Source: Mobula hypostoma
Taxonomy: Eukaryota
Direction of reading: 5' to 3'
Assembly: GCF_963921235.1 (NCBI RefSeq)
Contig: NC_086097.1
Span: 123,754,001-123,818,000 of the forward strand
DNA length: 64,000 nt
The position numbers and the translations under genes are program-made. Of the stretch, positions 25,551-38,075 are shown in pieces (position 1 is the stretch's first letter; each line of letters begins with the position of its first letter). The notes below the pieces were generated by a model. That model was not told the origin of the DNA, searched no databases, and saw only the letters and a program-made list of their open reading frames with translations.

Positions 25551-26553
25551 TGTGATGGTATTGGATTTGCTGACTGCAAAGTTCTAAACTCAGGCAAAGA
25601 CTTTAAGTCCTATATGATATAAATAGCTACAAGTACTCTTACTAAAGGAAGATTATACTGTAACTACCCAATCATCAAAGACTAGTTCACTCACCCGGTT
25701 ATTCTCCATGGCCAAGCTTAGCTGCCAATACCTACTATTCAAGCAATGGGTCCTCTCTTCCTACCAAGGAGAAGATACTTGCAGCTAACAGAGTAGTTTA
25801 AAACGCAGTTTATTTATTTTCAGTGCACACATTTAAATCCAAACAACATTCTTAAAACACACAGAGAATTTTTATTTTAAGCATTTCCAAATTACAAACC
25901 ATTTCTAAAACACAAAGCATTTCAAAAGCATAAAGGATTGCCAAAACACAAGTATAATTTCTATAAACTGAAAGGACATACCAACAATGCAAATGAACAA
26001 ATCCTCTGTCACACAAACCGAAGCCAGGGGATCATCTTCTGGCACTTCAAGCCGTGTATGATATTTCTGCAGAAATCCTTTTTACAGAAACGGTCTACAT
26101 GTTTGTTGGAGACATAACTTTACAACCTTTGCTAGGAACTACCCTCTGAGTACATATAACTCTCAACTATAAACACATAGTCATTTGATATGCTAAATGA
26201 TATTATCCATATGTAAGAATCCTTGAACTAAGGAAGTTTGTCAGCTTGTCTGTTTTGATACAAGCCAAATTAAATAACTCAGTGTCTTATACTGCACCTC
26301 TTTGAGCAGCAAGACAGGATGCAAGGAACCAGCAAGTCTGTGCTATAAACAGACATTGTTTGCAAAGCTGTGTTTTTAACTTCAAGTTGATTAATGATTG
26401 CCATTTACATAGTTAGAACTAAAGACTGGCTCCCATTTACGACCAGAAACTAAACAGTTGTTTGATCTTGACAAGTGGCAGCTGCTGTGTTTAGAGAGCG
26501 AGCTTTGCAAAAAGCCAAGAGGTCCACTGGTTCACAAAGTGAATAGTCATCAC
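25551..26553 (-). mobile_element. Probable solo LTR (~1 kb)
   Basis: TG...CA termini with an imperfect terminal inverted repeat (tgtgatggtatt / aatagtcatcaca), inserted into the Tc1-type element. AATAAA on the - strand at 25809-25818. No clean TSD seen. Confidence 0.55.
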
Positions 26554-27018
26554 AGCATTCAATTGGCTGATTAGATATTTGCATTAATGAGCAGGAGTTA
26601 AGGTGTACAGAAAAAGTGACCACTGCAGGTTAAATATATCAGTAGTGAAAGCAGAGATGCTTAATGTACTCATATTCTGTAGCCTCTCAGGTAACTTTCA
26701 GTAAGTACCAATTATAATCAGTAATCAGAGGAGAAATTATTACACCTCCCTCTTGTTTAGTGTTGGGTGCATCCAAGGGTGAAACAGAGTAAGGCTACAA
26801 TTGTGAGAAGATGTTGATGAGGGCGGGAGGGTGGGACGAGACATGTCCTCCTTCTCCACCAACTCCTCCACCCCATTCCCAAAATGTTCTGTTGATCCTT
26901 GACTTAAATTATTTTCCATGTAGTACCTTTGTAATCAGGCCTGGTAAATATCCACAAGAAATATCTTTGGAATACAACAGAGATGAGCAGTTGATTTCCT
27001 TGCATAATACATGAAATG

Positions 27019-27519
27019 CTACTTGGTCAATAGAATGGCCTTGTCTTTCAGGAGCTGCTTAACATCCCCATTCCACGTTGTTCTGGAAGGCAGCTGGTAG
27101 CCTCTTGACGTTGCATCCAACATGAGTCCAATTACAAAGGGCGTCCAGTAGTCACAGTTTTGCAACGAAGATGATCGACACAAAACTTTCAGTACAAATT
27201 GGATACTGTCATTTGTGGTTGAGAGCGTAGTTTGGATTTGTTTGATTTGAGTATTATCAAAATACGATTTTTCTGACCAATATTGTAGCAGCATGTGATT
27301 GCAACAAGTTACCCGGACAACAAACATGGAACTTTCCACATCGTCTTCATGCACTGTGATGGAAAGATGGTCAGTGTTGTGTGATTGAGCCATGAGGTGA
27401 ACCGGTGGAAATACCTGTGCCTGTAAAACATCAGTGTTTAGAATTGTCTGGCCAACGAAAAGTAGGATCAAATGGAATAATTTCCGGATTACAATCAGAG
27501 ATGACCAATACGTTAGCAT
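27019..27519 (-). CDS. Putative uncharacterised protein ORF/exon, apparent paralogue of the 2777-3155 exon
   Basis: Stop-free, non-repeat frame of 166 aa from ATG 27519, with hydrophobic RKLFHLILLFVGQTIL near the N-terminus. There is an internal acceptor gatgttttacag| at 27421/27420. It shares V[ST]C, NxS[VI][EQ]F and GYxL with similar spacing. Confidence 0.5.
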   Translation of the reverse strand: MLTYWSSLIVIRKLFHLILLFVGQTILNTDVLQAQVFPPVHLMAQSHNTDHLSITVHEDDVESSMFVVRVTCCNHMLLQYWSEKSYFDNTQIKQIQTTLSTTNDSIQFVLKVLCRSSSLQNCDYWTPFVIGLMLDATSRGYQLPSRTTWNGDVKQLLKDKAILLTK

Positions 27520-27589
27520 CCTTCGAATCTTATGTTGCACAAATGTGCTTGTTTCAGATTCTTAATAGAAATAGCATATATTCATAGGT

Positions 27590-28090
27590 TAGACCATAAG
27601 ACATAAGAGCAGAATTAAACCATTCAGCCCATTGAGCCTGCTCCATCATTCCATCATTGCTAATTTATTAACCCTCTCAACACATTTCTTCTGCCTTCTC
27701 CATATAACCTTTGACACCATTACTAATCAAAAACCTATCAACCTCCACTTTAAATATACCCAATGACCTGGCTTCCACAGCTGCCTGTGCAATAAATTCC
27801 ACAGATTCACTATCCTTGGGCTAAAGAAATTTCTCCTCATCTCTGTTCTAAAGGGGAGCCCCTCTATTCTGAGGCTGAACCCCCTGGTCTTAGACTCCCT
27901 ACTATAGAAAACATCCTCTCCACATCCACTTCAGTATTTGATAGGTTTCAAAGAGATCCACCCACATTTTTCTAAACTCTTGGGAGTCCGTGCCTTGAGC
28001 TATTAACACTCCTCATACACGAAACCTTTCATCCTCGTGATCCTCCAATGGGCCATCTCCAATGCCAGCACATTTTTTCTCAGATAAAGG
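27590..28090 (-). mobile_element. CR1 LINE 3' fragment
   Basis: ccataagacataagagcagaatt tail motif plus degenerate ORF2 C-terminal sequence. Confidence 0.8.
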
Positions 28091-28179
28091 GCGCAAAATT
28101 TGGCTGCAGCAAGGCAACTAATATAGATTCGTTTACTAAACTTGGGCCACAAAGTCGAGGAAATTGTAAGATGATCATT

Positions 28180-28692
28180 GTGCAGGTGGATAGGGTAGTT
28201 AAGAAAGCTTATGGGGTGTTAGCTTTCATAAGTCGAGGGATAGAGTTTAAGAGTCGCGATGTAATGATGCAGCTCTATAAAACTCTGGTTAGGCCACACT
28301 TGGAATATTATGTCCAGTTCTGGTCACCTCACTATAGGAAGGATGTGGAAGTATTGGAAAGGGTACAGAGGAGATTTACCAGGATGCTGCCTGGTTTAGA
28401 AAGTATGCATTATGATCAGAGATTAAGGGAGCTAGGGCTTTACTCTTTGGAGAGAAGGAGGATGACAGGAGACATGATAGAGCTGTACAAGATAATAAGA
28501 GGAATAGATAGAGTGGAATACACTGCCTGAGTCAGTGGTGGAGGCAGATACACTGGTGAAGTTTAAGAGACTACTAGACAAGTATATGGAGGAATTTAAG
28601 GTGGGGACTTATATGGGAGGCAGGGTTTGAGGGTCGACATAACATTGTGGGCCAAAGGGCCTGTACTGTTCTGTACTATTCTATGTTCTATG
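28180..28692 (+). mobile_element. CR1 LINE 3' fragment
   Basis: ORF 28048-28530 contains LYKTLVRPHLEY..QFWSP..LERVQRRFTRM. The tail is ctatgttctatg. Confidence 0.9.
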
Positions 28693-29698
28693 TGCTAAAA
28701 GTAAGAGGTAAATGTCATTACCACTTATCATGTTACCTAAAGGATACTTGTGCTTGTAATGCTTGAAGCATCATTAACCTCAATTTTATTTTGATACCAA
28801 AACTTGACTCAGAAATGGAAGTGCCACGTTGAACTAAATAAAATCACGGCCTTTCAGAAATGAATGATATATAACTCACCCTAAATTTAAAGAATAGACG
28901 AAAATCTAAAAATATTAAAATATCTTATTTGTAAATGAGGTAGTAAATTGGTTTGTTTAGAAATGACAGAATTTAATTTGTAGATTGTAATTTGATGGCT
29001 CACGCTAAATTGTTCAAGTTCAGCAAGAAAAGTTTCAAAATGCATTTGAGATTAATTTAATACATTTATTTGAAAGTGACAGCAATTTAAGTATTAAATC
29101 ATTTTGAAGATTTAAATGAAAGCTTTTGTTTATTAAAGCTGTTTATTGTATAGAGGAGAATAGCACAAAACAGGCCATTTGGCCCACAGTGTTGTGCTGA
29201 ACCAGCTACAAAGCAAATTTTACTATTTGACCTTGATTCTTTTCAATGATTGCTTTTGTTGACAGAGGAGTTAGAGCTGAGTAAAACATGTAGTTAGCAA
29301 AAATTACCTTTATTAGTATCAATTTGTGGGAATGATAAACACTGCACATTATTTGATTCCCGTGGTGACTTTAGCTTCCCCCATTCAGACATGTTCCAAT
29401 TTTTGGTCAATTCTACATTGACATAGATATCCAATCCTCCTCCACCCTCTCCACCTTAAAACAAACTTGTTATTTTCTTCTCTTTTCCAGTTTACTTTGG
29501 AACATTAATCAATTTCTCTTTCCACAAATGTTGCCTGACCTGAGAGTTGCTTCCAGTTTTCTATTTAAGATTTTCAGCATCTGCTGTTTTTTTTTTAATT
29601 TTTTAGTTTATAGCATGGCTTCTGACTCTTACAAGAAATAACACCCAGAATTTCACCACCATTTAGATTTTTGTACCTGTTTGGACATTTTATTAATA

Positions 29699-31308
29699 CA
29701 GTGGTATGCAAAAGTTTGGGCACCCCTGGTCAACATTTTTGTTACTGTGAATAGTTAAGTGAGTAGAAGATGAATTGATCTAAAAAAGTCATAAAGTTAA
29801 AGATGAAACATTCTTTTCAACATTTTAAGCAAGATTAGTGTACTATTTTTGTTTTGTACAATTTTGGAGTGAAAAAACGAAAGGAGCACCATGCAAAAGT
29901 TTGGGCACCCCAAGAGATTTGAGCTCTCAGATAACTTTTACCAAGGTCTCAGAGATTAATTAGCTTGTTAGGGCTATGGCTTGTTCATAGTCATTGTTTG
30001 GAAAGGCCAGGTGATGCAAATTTCAAAGCTTTATAAATACCCTGATTCCTCAAACCTTGTCCCAACAATCAGCAGCCTTAGGGTGCTAAGCAGCTGCCTA
30101 GCACCCTGAAAATTAAAATAAATGATGCCCACAAAGCAGGAGAATGCTATAAGAAGATGACAAAGCGTTTTCAAGTCGCCATTTCCTCAGTTCGTAATGT
30201 AATTAAGGAATAGCAGTTAACAGGAACGGTGGAGGTCAAGTTGAGGTCTGGAAGACCAAGAAAACTTTCCAAGAGAACTGCCAAGAGGATTGCTAGAAAG
30301 GCAAATCAAAACCCCCGTTTGACTGCAAAAGACCTTCAGGAAGATTTAGCAGACTCTGGAGTGGTGGTGCACTGTTCTACTGTGCAGCGACACCTGCACA
30401 AATATGACCTTCATGGAAGAGTCATCAGAAGAAAACCTTTCCTGCGTCCTCACCACAAAATTCAGCGTCAGAAGATTGCAAAGGAACATCTAAACAAGCC
30501 TGATGCATTTTGGAAATAAGTCCTGTGGACTGACGAAGTTAAAGTAGAACTTTTTGGCCTCAGTGAGCAAAGGTATGTTTGGAGAAAAAAGGGTGCAGAG
30601 TTTCATGAAAAGAACACCTCTCCAACTGTTAAGCATGAGGATGGATCAATCATGCTTTTGGGCTTGTGTTGCAGCCAGTGGCACAGGGAACATTTCACTG
30701 GTAGAGGGAAGAATGAATTCAATTAAATACCAGTAAATTCTGGAAGCAATCATCACACCGGCTGTAAAAAAGCTGAAGATGAAAAGAGGATGGCTTCTAC
30801 AACAGGATAATGATCCTAAACACACCTCAAAATCCACAATGGACTACCTCAAGAGGCGCACGCTGAAGGTTTTGCCATGGCCCTCACAGTCCCCTGACCT
30901 AAACATCATCAGGAATCTGTGGATAGACCTCAAAAGAGCAGTGCATGCAAGAATCTCACAGAACTAGAAGCCTTTTGCAAGGAAGGATGGGCGAAAATCC
31001 CCCAAACAAGAATTGAAAGGCTCATAGCTGGCTACAGAAAGCATTTACAAGCTGTGATACTTGCCAAAGGGGGTGTTACTAAGTGCTGACCATGCAGGGT
31101 GCCCAAACTTCTGCTTCAGGCCCTTTTCCTTTTTTGTTATTTTGAAACTGTAAAAGATGGAAATAAAAAAGTGATCTTGCTTAAAATATTAAAGAAATGT
31201 GTCATCTTTAACTTTATGCCTTTTGGAAATCAGTTAATCTTTTACTCGCTTAGCTATTCACAGTAACAGAAATTTTGACTGGGGTGCCCAAACTTTTGCA
31301 TGCCACTG
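29699..31308 (+). mobile_element. Full-length IR/DR-type Tc1 DNA transposon (1610 bp)
   Basis: Ends cagtggtatgcaaaagtttgggcacccc and ggggtgcccaaacttttgcatgccactg. TIRs of ~210 bp carry inner direct repeats (~29890 and ~31097). TA on the left, CA (mutated TA) on the right. Confidence 0.95.
30077..31088 (+). pseudogene. Tc1 transposase pseudogene
   Basis: RSGRPRK, WTDE, QQDNDPKH and WPSQSPDLNIIRNLW motifs (catalytic E replaced by R). The start codon is lost, there are stops at 30211 and 30517, and there are frameshifts. Confidence 0.92.
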
Positions 31309-33339
31309 CATATAAACATACCTCAAGTTGTTTTGGTCCCCCACAGTTTGCAGCTTTTTGTCATTTGGAAAATGTTCTTTTTAGGTCCAGATGTAGATTT
31401 CACAATTCAAAGTCATTTTTGACATTATAATTTTGGTCAATTCTACAATGGGATAAATTTCTTTCAGCATAAGATGTGATCAACAGAAAAGATTACATAC
31501 ATAATAAACCTACAATTTGATAATTATGCACACCCAGTAGATGATTCACTTAAAGATTTAGACACAAGCTGTAGTTTACTCTCTAGAAACCAATCTTGGG
31601 TTGAATCAAACTGTTTGCAACATTTGTCATTCTCAAATTCTGTTGATGGTTTACCTTTCTATCTTCTGTCACCATCTTAATGGGTAGTTTCCTGCCTTAG
31701 TACATCTGCTCAGAAATGCTTGTTCACGAACTTGTCATTGTTAGACATATATTCCAGTCCTGCCCTAGACACCCTGCTGCTGCTTCACTCTGCAAATCTT
31801 GGCATATTCAGATATTTGCAGCTGGTTCTTTCCTCCGTTGAGTTCTAATTGGCTGTCCCTACTTAACTGTGATGGTTTCCAATTGTGCAGGATTTCAGAT
31901 TTAACATTCACGTACCTGCAGCCAATCCTCCTTCCCCTGCCCACCACCCCCCACCTACACACCCTTTGAATTCTCTGAAAAAGACTACTAACCCTCTGTC
32001 CCCTACTTTATAAAATCTCTGATCAAATGAAGGAGTCCAAAGATCATTAATCCAACAGTATTTCCCCTCTTACCCAATGGAGAAGAACCAGGCTGCTTTT
32101 ACAACTTAACTTCAGTTTTAAAATGTTTACATTTTATTTTGTCTAGTTTGAACCAACTCTCCAGAATCTCCTGTCTTTAAGGAACATTCATTTCTTATAT
32201 TATGCCAGCAACACCTACCGAACATCACGTCACAACCTTTCCCCCCTTCCTTTCCAGTCCTGATGAAGTATCTCAGTCCAAAACATTGACTGTTGATTCC
32301 TCTCCACAGATGCTGCCTGACCTGCTGTGTTCCTGCAGCATTTTGTGTGTACTACAACTGATCGTGTCTTTATTCCATATTCAGATATCTGTAATAGCAA
32401 ATTTGCTTTGCGTTTTTCCCTAGAATTTTTCTTTCCACCCATCCCCACAACCAAAGCCAGTTCAGTCAGTAGTACCTTTACTACCTGCCTGGTTAATGTA
32501 TTTGGCACGGATCAGCCATCAAACATTTGACTACAAAAACCTTAAATCGCACCCACTGCCTTTTGGGACTTTAGTCTTCCCATAAAATATTTGAAGTAAT
32601 TATCTTTCAAAAGTTAGTTGTGGAACTACCTACCTGATTAATTCTGACCGTTGAGACTACTTTTTTATCCCACTTCACCAATCAGGAGTTGACTCAACCC
32701 GACAGTACGTTGGCTGGTTTTACTCTGTTGGCATGAAGTGAGCAAAAACACTACTTCCTTTCCAGTTCTGTATGTGCACTGGCCAATGAGGTTCATCCAT
32801 GAGGAGGGCAGACTTCTGTAAAACTGAAAGAGAAATTTTTGTTGGTCTCTGTATACTTGAACATGTAAAGTATGAGCTGTGCAAATTCAAATTTACAAAA
32901 CCCAAGTATTAAGAGATGCCTTTTGAATAGCTTAGAAGGCCTATTTTGTATATGTCATGACCTAGATAAACTGATAAAGTTTAGGTTTATCTTTGGAACA
33001 ATAGAAACAGGAGAGTGTCATTCAGTTCGTTGTCATTCAGTGATCATGGTTGGTCTTGACCCTAACTTTACTCGCTAACTTGTATTTGGTAATTCCCTCA
33101 ATATCTTTGGATAGCAATAACCTGTTGATTTAATATAAATATTGATTGACCTTATCCACTGCTTTGTTTGTACAAAAGTACCCTTCTTCTGTGACCCTTG
33201 GTGTGTGTAAGTATTTAATTTTTGTTGATTGCCTAGTTCTAAAAGTTTTATTCATTTTTCCGGACTCCCCTACAAAGACAAAAACTTCTCTTTATCTTGT
33301 CCGTTCCTGTGACCCTTAAGCTTTTTTTTCAAGTGCCTT

Positions 33340-33775
33340 TAGTGCATCTGAATATCTGTCCTGGGCCCAACATATTGATGCAGTCATGAAGAAGGCATGC
33401 CAGTGGCTGTATTTCATTAGGAGTTTGAGGAGATTTGGTATGTCATCAAAGACTCTAGCAAATGTCTACAGGTGTACAATGGAGAGCATTCTGACTGGTT
33501 ACATCACTGTCTGGTATGGAAGGGCCACTGCAGAGGACTGAACAAAACTGCAGCAGGTTGTAAGTTCAGCCAACTTCATCATGGGCACGTGCCTCCCCAC
33601 CATTGAGGACAACTGCAAAAGGCAATGCCTCAGAAAGGTGGTGTTCATCATTAAGGACCCACACCACCCAGGACATGCTCTCTTCTCATTATTTCTGTCA
33701 GAGGGAAGGTACTGAAGCCTGAAGACACACATTCAACATTTCAAGAACTTCCCTTTCACTATCAGATTTATGAGT
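33340..33775 (+). mobile_element. Rex1/Babar-type LINE 3' fragment
   Basis: KKACQWLYFIRSLRRFG..YRCTMESILTG type sequence. Confidence 0.75.
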
Positions 33776-34198
33776 GGGCAAAGATTTGAGGAGCTGAACT
33801 AGAAAATGTTGAAAAGGATTGGTTATTGACTAGATCAAAGCATAAAAATCCAGACAATGAGGTTCTGAAACTCTGGAAGCTTTTAACTTCTGAGAAATCT
33901 TGCAATGGTGATATTGACAGTATTTTCATTAACATAATCATGAAATGCATTGTTTTCGATGGTGAACTTAATCATCAAATTATAGGAGGAGACTTCCTGA
34001 TGAAACTAATGCTACACTTATAGTTCTCAGAACAACCAAATACAAGCTGGATATAAAATATTTATCATCAGTATGCAGTAGCAAATATCTGACTGAGAGT
34101 GAGTGTGTTTATTTTCCTTTCCTTGATCTTTTATCAAAGCTTATAATGCCATATTCACATTTATTATGTTATAAATCAGGTATAACAATACTATTTAG

Positions 34199-35042
34199 TG
34201 TTACGTAACCGGCAACAATGAATATTAATCGAGACAGGTTATATAAAAACAAGCAAACTTTTATTAAACACGTATAAACGATAAGGGAAAAAAAAACAAA
34301 GGAAAACTTTAACCGGAGGTTAACAGGTACGCAGCCGTTCACCAACTCGCCACTCGGCTCTGGTTCTTAAAGCTTTAAATGCAAAAACAGTTCTTAAAGC
34401 GATACAGTCAGATATAGTTCTTAAAGCGATAACTTCGAAAGTCCAACAGTTTTACACATTCAATTGGGAGAGACTTCTCTGGAGAAAGATTTCTTCACCG
34501 ACGCACCTTTACTGCCGGTTCTGTCCACAGGATTCCCGATGCCGGAAATAAGCAGTTTAAACCAACTGACAAATTCCTTTAGAGAGAGAGAGAGCCTTTT
34601 TGCATGAACTCATTGCCCTATTGCAAGAGTTATCTCAATGCAGGTTCTCTCCAACGAAGGCTCAATAAGGTTGATTCTTTATTAAACTGCCAAACGATGC
34701 AGACTTCTCTCGATCCCTCACTTCGATGAACTCTTCACTCTCCCTTCAGAACTGTCAGAATTGAGTAAATTGGCACTTCCAGCCACAAATTCCCAGTCCA
34801 AATACAATACCCTGTAAGAGAACGCACCTTCCGTTTTAAAACTGAAACTGCGTCACAGAAACAAACACGCAACAGAAACGGAGGCACAACACGTTCTACC
34901 TGGAAATCTACAAACTCAAAAACCTACTGTGTCACCTGGGTCGACCCTTATATAGTCACGGGGGCACATGTCATCACGTGACCTCACATCGGCGGGAAAA
35001 TCACATCAGGTGACCTTCAAAAGACATTACATCATTCTGACA
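34199..35042 (-). mobile_element. Probable solo LTR
   Basis: Starts tgttacg, a Gypsy-LTR-like terminus. On the - strand there is a poly(A) signal (tttatt ~34259) and a TATA-like box (cttatata ~34947). The right end is uncertain. Confidence 0.45.
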
Positions 35043-35214
35043 TAAAAACAGATCTCTTTGAGCATGCAACATTAGAAATGATGTTTTTCAATTGTTTTTT
35101 TTAATTTAACATTAATCATTTTTGAGCAGGTTTTCTAAAATGCTTCATTTATTTCAATCCGTCTCTGTTTTACTTTTATTCATAATAAACAATGAATGCC
35201 CAGAAATAAGCAAC

Positions 35215-38075
35215 AGGACTGATAATAAGTGATTTTAATTTTCCACGTATTGACTGGGACTCCCATATTGTAAGAGAGCTTGTGAGATGTATTGAGAAAA
35301 GTTTACTTAATCGGTACATAGAAGTCCCGACTAGAGAGTGTGATACAGATATCCTGTTAGGGAATGAGAAAAGGTAGAAGATAGAAGTTTATGCAAGGGA
35401 AGACTTTGCATCTAGAGATCATAATGCCATTAGTTTCAAAGTAGTTATGAAAAATGATAGATCAACAGCAGATGCCATCTCTCTGGCCCTATATTCCTCC
35501 TTAGAACACCAGGAGAATAAAGAGGCATATGTAAGGTTCCTTTTCATTGACTACAGCTCTGCCTTTAATACCATCATTCCAAATAAACTGATTTCAAAGC
35601 TCTGGAACCTGGGCCTTAGCACTCAGATCTGCAGCTGGATCTTCAACTTCCTCACAGACAGGTCCCAGGCTGTAAAAATAGGGGACAAGCTCTCCTCTAC
35701 AATCGCTGTGAGCACCGGTGCCCCACAAGACTGTGTACTCAGCCCCCTGCTGTACTCACTGTACACCCATGATTGTGTTGCCAAGTTTCCATCAAACTCA
35801 AATATAAGTTTGCTGGTGACACCACAATTGTAGGCCATATCTCGAGTAATGATGAGTTTGAGTACAGAGAGGAAATTAAGAACCTGGTGGCATGGTGCGA
35901 AGACAATAACCTATCCCTCAACGTCAGCAAGACAAAGGAATTGGTTGTTGACTTCAGAAGGAGTAGCGGACCGCACGACCCCATTTACATCAGTGGTGCG
36001 CAAGTGGAACAGGTCAAAAGCTTTAAGTTCCTCGGGGTCAATATCACAAATGACCTGACTTGGTCCAACCAAGCAGAGTCCACTGCCAAGAAGGCCCACC
36101 AGCGCCTTTACTTCCCGAGAAAGCTAAAGAAATTTGGCCTGTCCCCTGAAACCCTCACTAATTTTTACAGATGCACCGTAGAAAGCATTCTTCTAGGGTG
36201 CATCACAACCTGGTACGGAAGTTGTCCTGTCCAAGACCGGAAGAAGCTGCAGAAGATCGTGAACACAGCCCAGCACATCACACAAACCAATCTTCCGTCC
36301 TTGGACTCACTTTACACGGCACGCTGTCGGAGCAGTGCTGCCAGGATAATCAAGGACACGACCCACCCAGCCAACACGCTTTTCGTCCCTCTTCCCTCCG
36401 GGAGAAGGCTCAGGAGCTTGAAGACTCAAACGGCCATATTTGGGAACAGCTTCTTTCCAACTGTGATAAGACTGCTGAAAGGATCCTGATCCGGATCTGG
36501 GCCGTACCCTCCAAATATCCAGACCTGCCTCTCGGTTTTTTTGCACTGCCTTACTTTCCCTTTTCTATTTTCTATTTATGATTTATAATTTAAATTTTTA
36601 ATATTTACTATTGATTTGTACTCCAGGGAGCACGAAGCGCAGAATCAAATATCACTGTGATGATTGTACGTTCTAGTATTAATTGTTTGGCGACAATAAA
36701 GTATAAAGTATCTGGTCCTTGAGTTGAGATTCTGAATTGGAGAATGGCCAATTTTGATGGTATGAGAAAGGATCTGCCATGTTTGGATTGGGACAAGTTG
36801 TTTTCTGGCAAATGTGTATCTGGTTCGTGGGAGACCTTCGAGAGTGAAATTTTGAGAGTACTGAGTTTGTATGTTCCTGTCAGGATAAAAGGCAAGAATA
36901 ACAGGTTTATGGAGCCACGGTTTTCGAAAAACGAGGTGCATAGCAGGTATAGGCAGGCAGGAACAAATGAGGGACTCAAGGAGTATAAGAAATGCAAGAG
37001 GACACTTAAGAAGTTCAGTCACTTTGTATTCAAGATAAGATAGTAAATTGGATTAGACATTTGCTTCACGAAAGAAACCAGAGGGTGGTTGTCGATGGTT
37101 GTGTCTCTGACTGTAGGCCTGGAACTTGTGATGTGCTGCAGGGATCGGTGCTGGATCCGTTGTTGTCATCTTTATCAATTACCTGAATGATTATGTGTGT
37201 TAGACTGGGGTGTAGTGGACAATGAGGAAGTCTAAGAAAGCTTGCAGTGGGACCTGATCCAGCTGGAAAAATGAGCTGAAAATGGCAAATGGGATTTAAT
37301 GCAGACAAGTGTAAGGTGTTGCACTTTGGGAGGATCATCCGGGTGGGTCTGACACAGTGAGCAGTAGGGCACTGAGGAGTGTGGTAGAACAGAGGGATCT
37401 GGGGATACAGGTACATAATTCCTTGAAAGTGGCATCACAGGTAGATGGGGTCGTAAAGAAAGTTTCTGGCACATTGGCCTTCAGGAATCAATGTACTGTT
37501 TCAGGAGTTGGGATGTTACGTTGCTGAGGCCAAATTTGGAGTATTGTGTCCAGTTTTAGTCACCTACCTATAGGAAAGATGTAAATATAATTGAAAGAGT
37601 GCACAGAAATTTTACAAGGATGTTGTAATCTTGAGGACCTGAGTTATAAAGAAATGGGCTTAAGGTACTGAGTTATAGGGAAAGATTGAATGGGTTCAGA
37701 CTTTATTCCCGTGAAGAAAGAAGACTGAGGGGAGATTTGATAGAGCTATACAAAATTATGAGCAGTAGAGCTAACGTAAATACAAGAAGGCTTTTTCCAC
37801 TGAGGTTAGGTGAGACTGCAACTAGAGGTCGTGGTTTAAGGTTGAAAGTTTAAAGGGAACATGAGGGATAACTCAGAGGGTAGTGAGAGTGTGGAACGAG
37901 CTGCCAACGCAAGTGGTAGATGCAGGGACGATCTCAACACTTGAGAAATTTGGATAGATTCATGGATGGGGTGAGGTATGGAGGGCTAAGGTCCAGGTGC
38001 AGGTCGATGGAACTAGGTAGATTAATGGTTCGGCTCAGACTGGGTATCTTAGTGTGCTGTGGTATTCTATGACTG
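35215..38075 (+). mobile_element. Degenerate CR1 LINE ORF2 interrupted by a Rex1/Babar insertion
   Basis: Endonuclease remnants at 35220-35460 (DFNFP.IDW). It resumes at 36711 (ANFDGMRKDL), with RT remnants through to the 3' UTR at ~38070. Confidence 0.8.
35460..36710 (+). mobile_element. Rex1/Babar-type LINE, 5'-truncated, relatively young
   Basis: ORFs 35447-35833 ([23 protein letters not shown]) and 35773-36489 (LNVSKTKELVVDF, FYRCTVESIL). The tail is aataaagtataaagta. Confidence 0.9.

Larger units (their letters stand above)
23780..26630. mobile_element. Non-autonomous Tc1-type element split by CR1 and LTR-like insertions
   Basis: Starts cattcagtggacattttattaggtac. Matching internal pieces resume at ~25240-25550 and ~26555-26630. 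Confidence 0.65.

Noticed and set aside
27590..28692. Opposed CR1 fragments as a twin-priming inversion
   Set aside because: Both carry their own 3' tails and appear to be different subfamilies, so independent insertions are more likely.
31561..31680. Plus-strand CSLLSRNQSWVESNC resembling a C-type lectin end
   Set aside because: Short, with no flanking lectin motifs or convincing splice sites.
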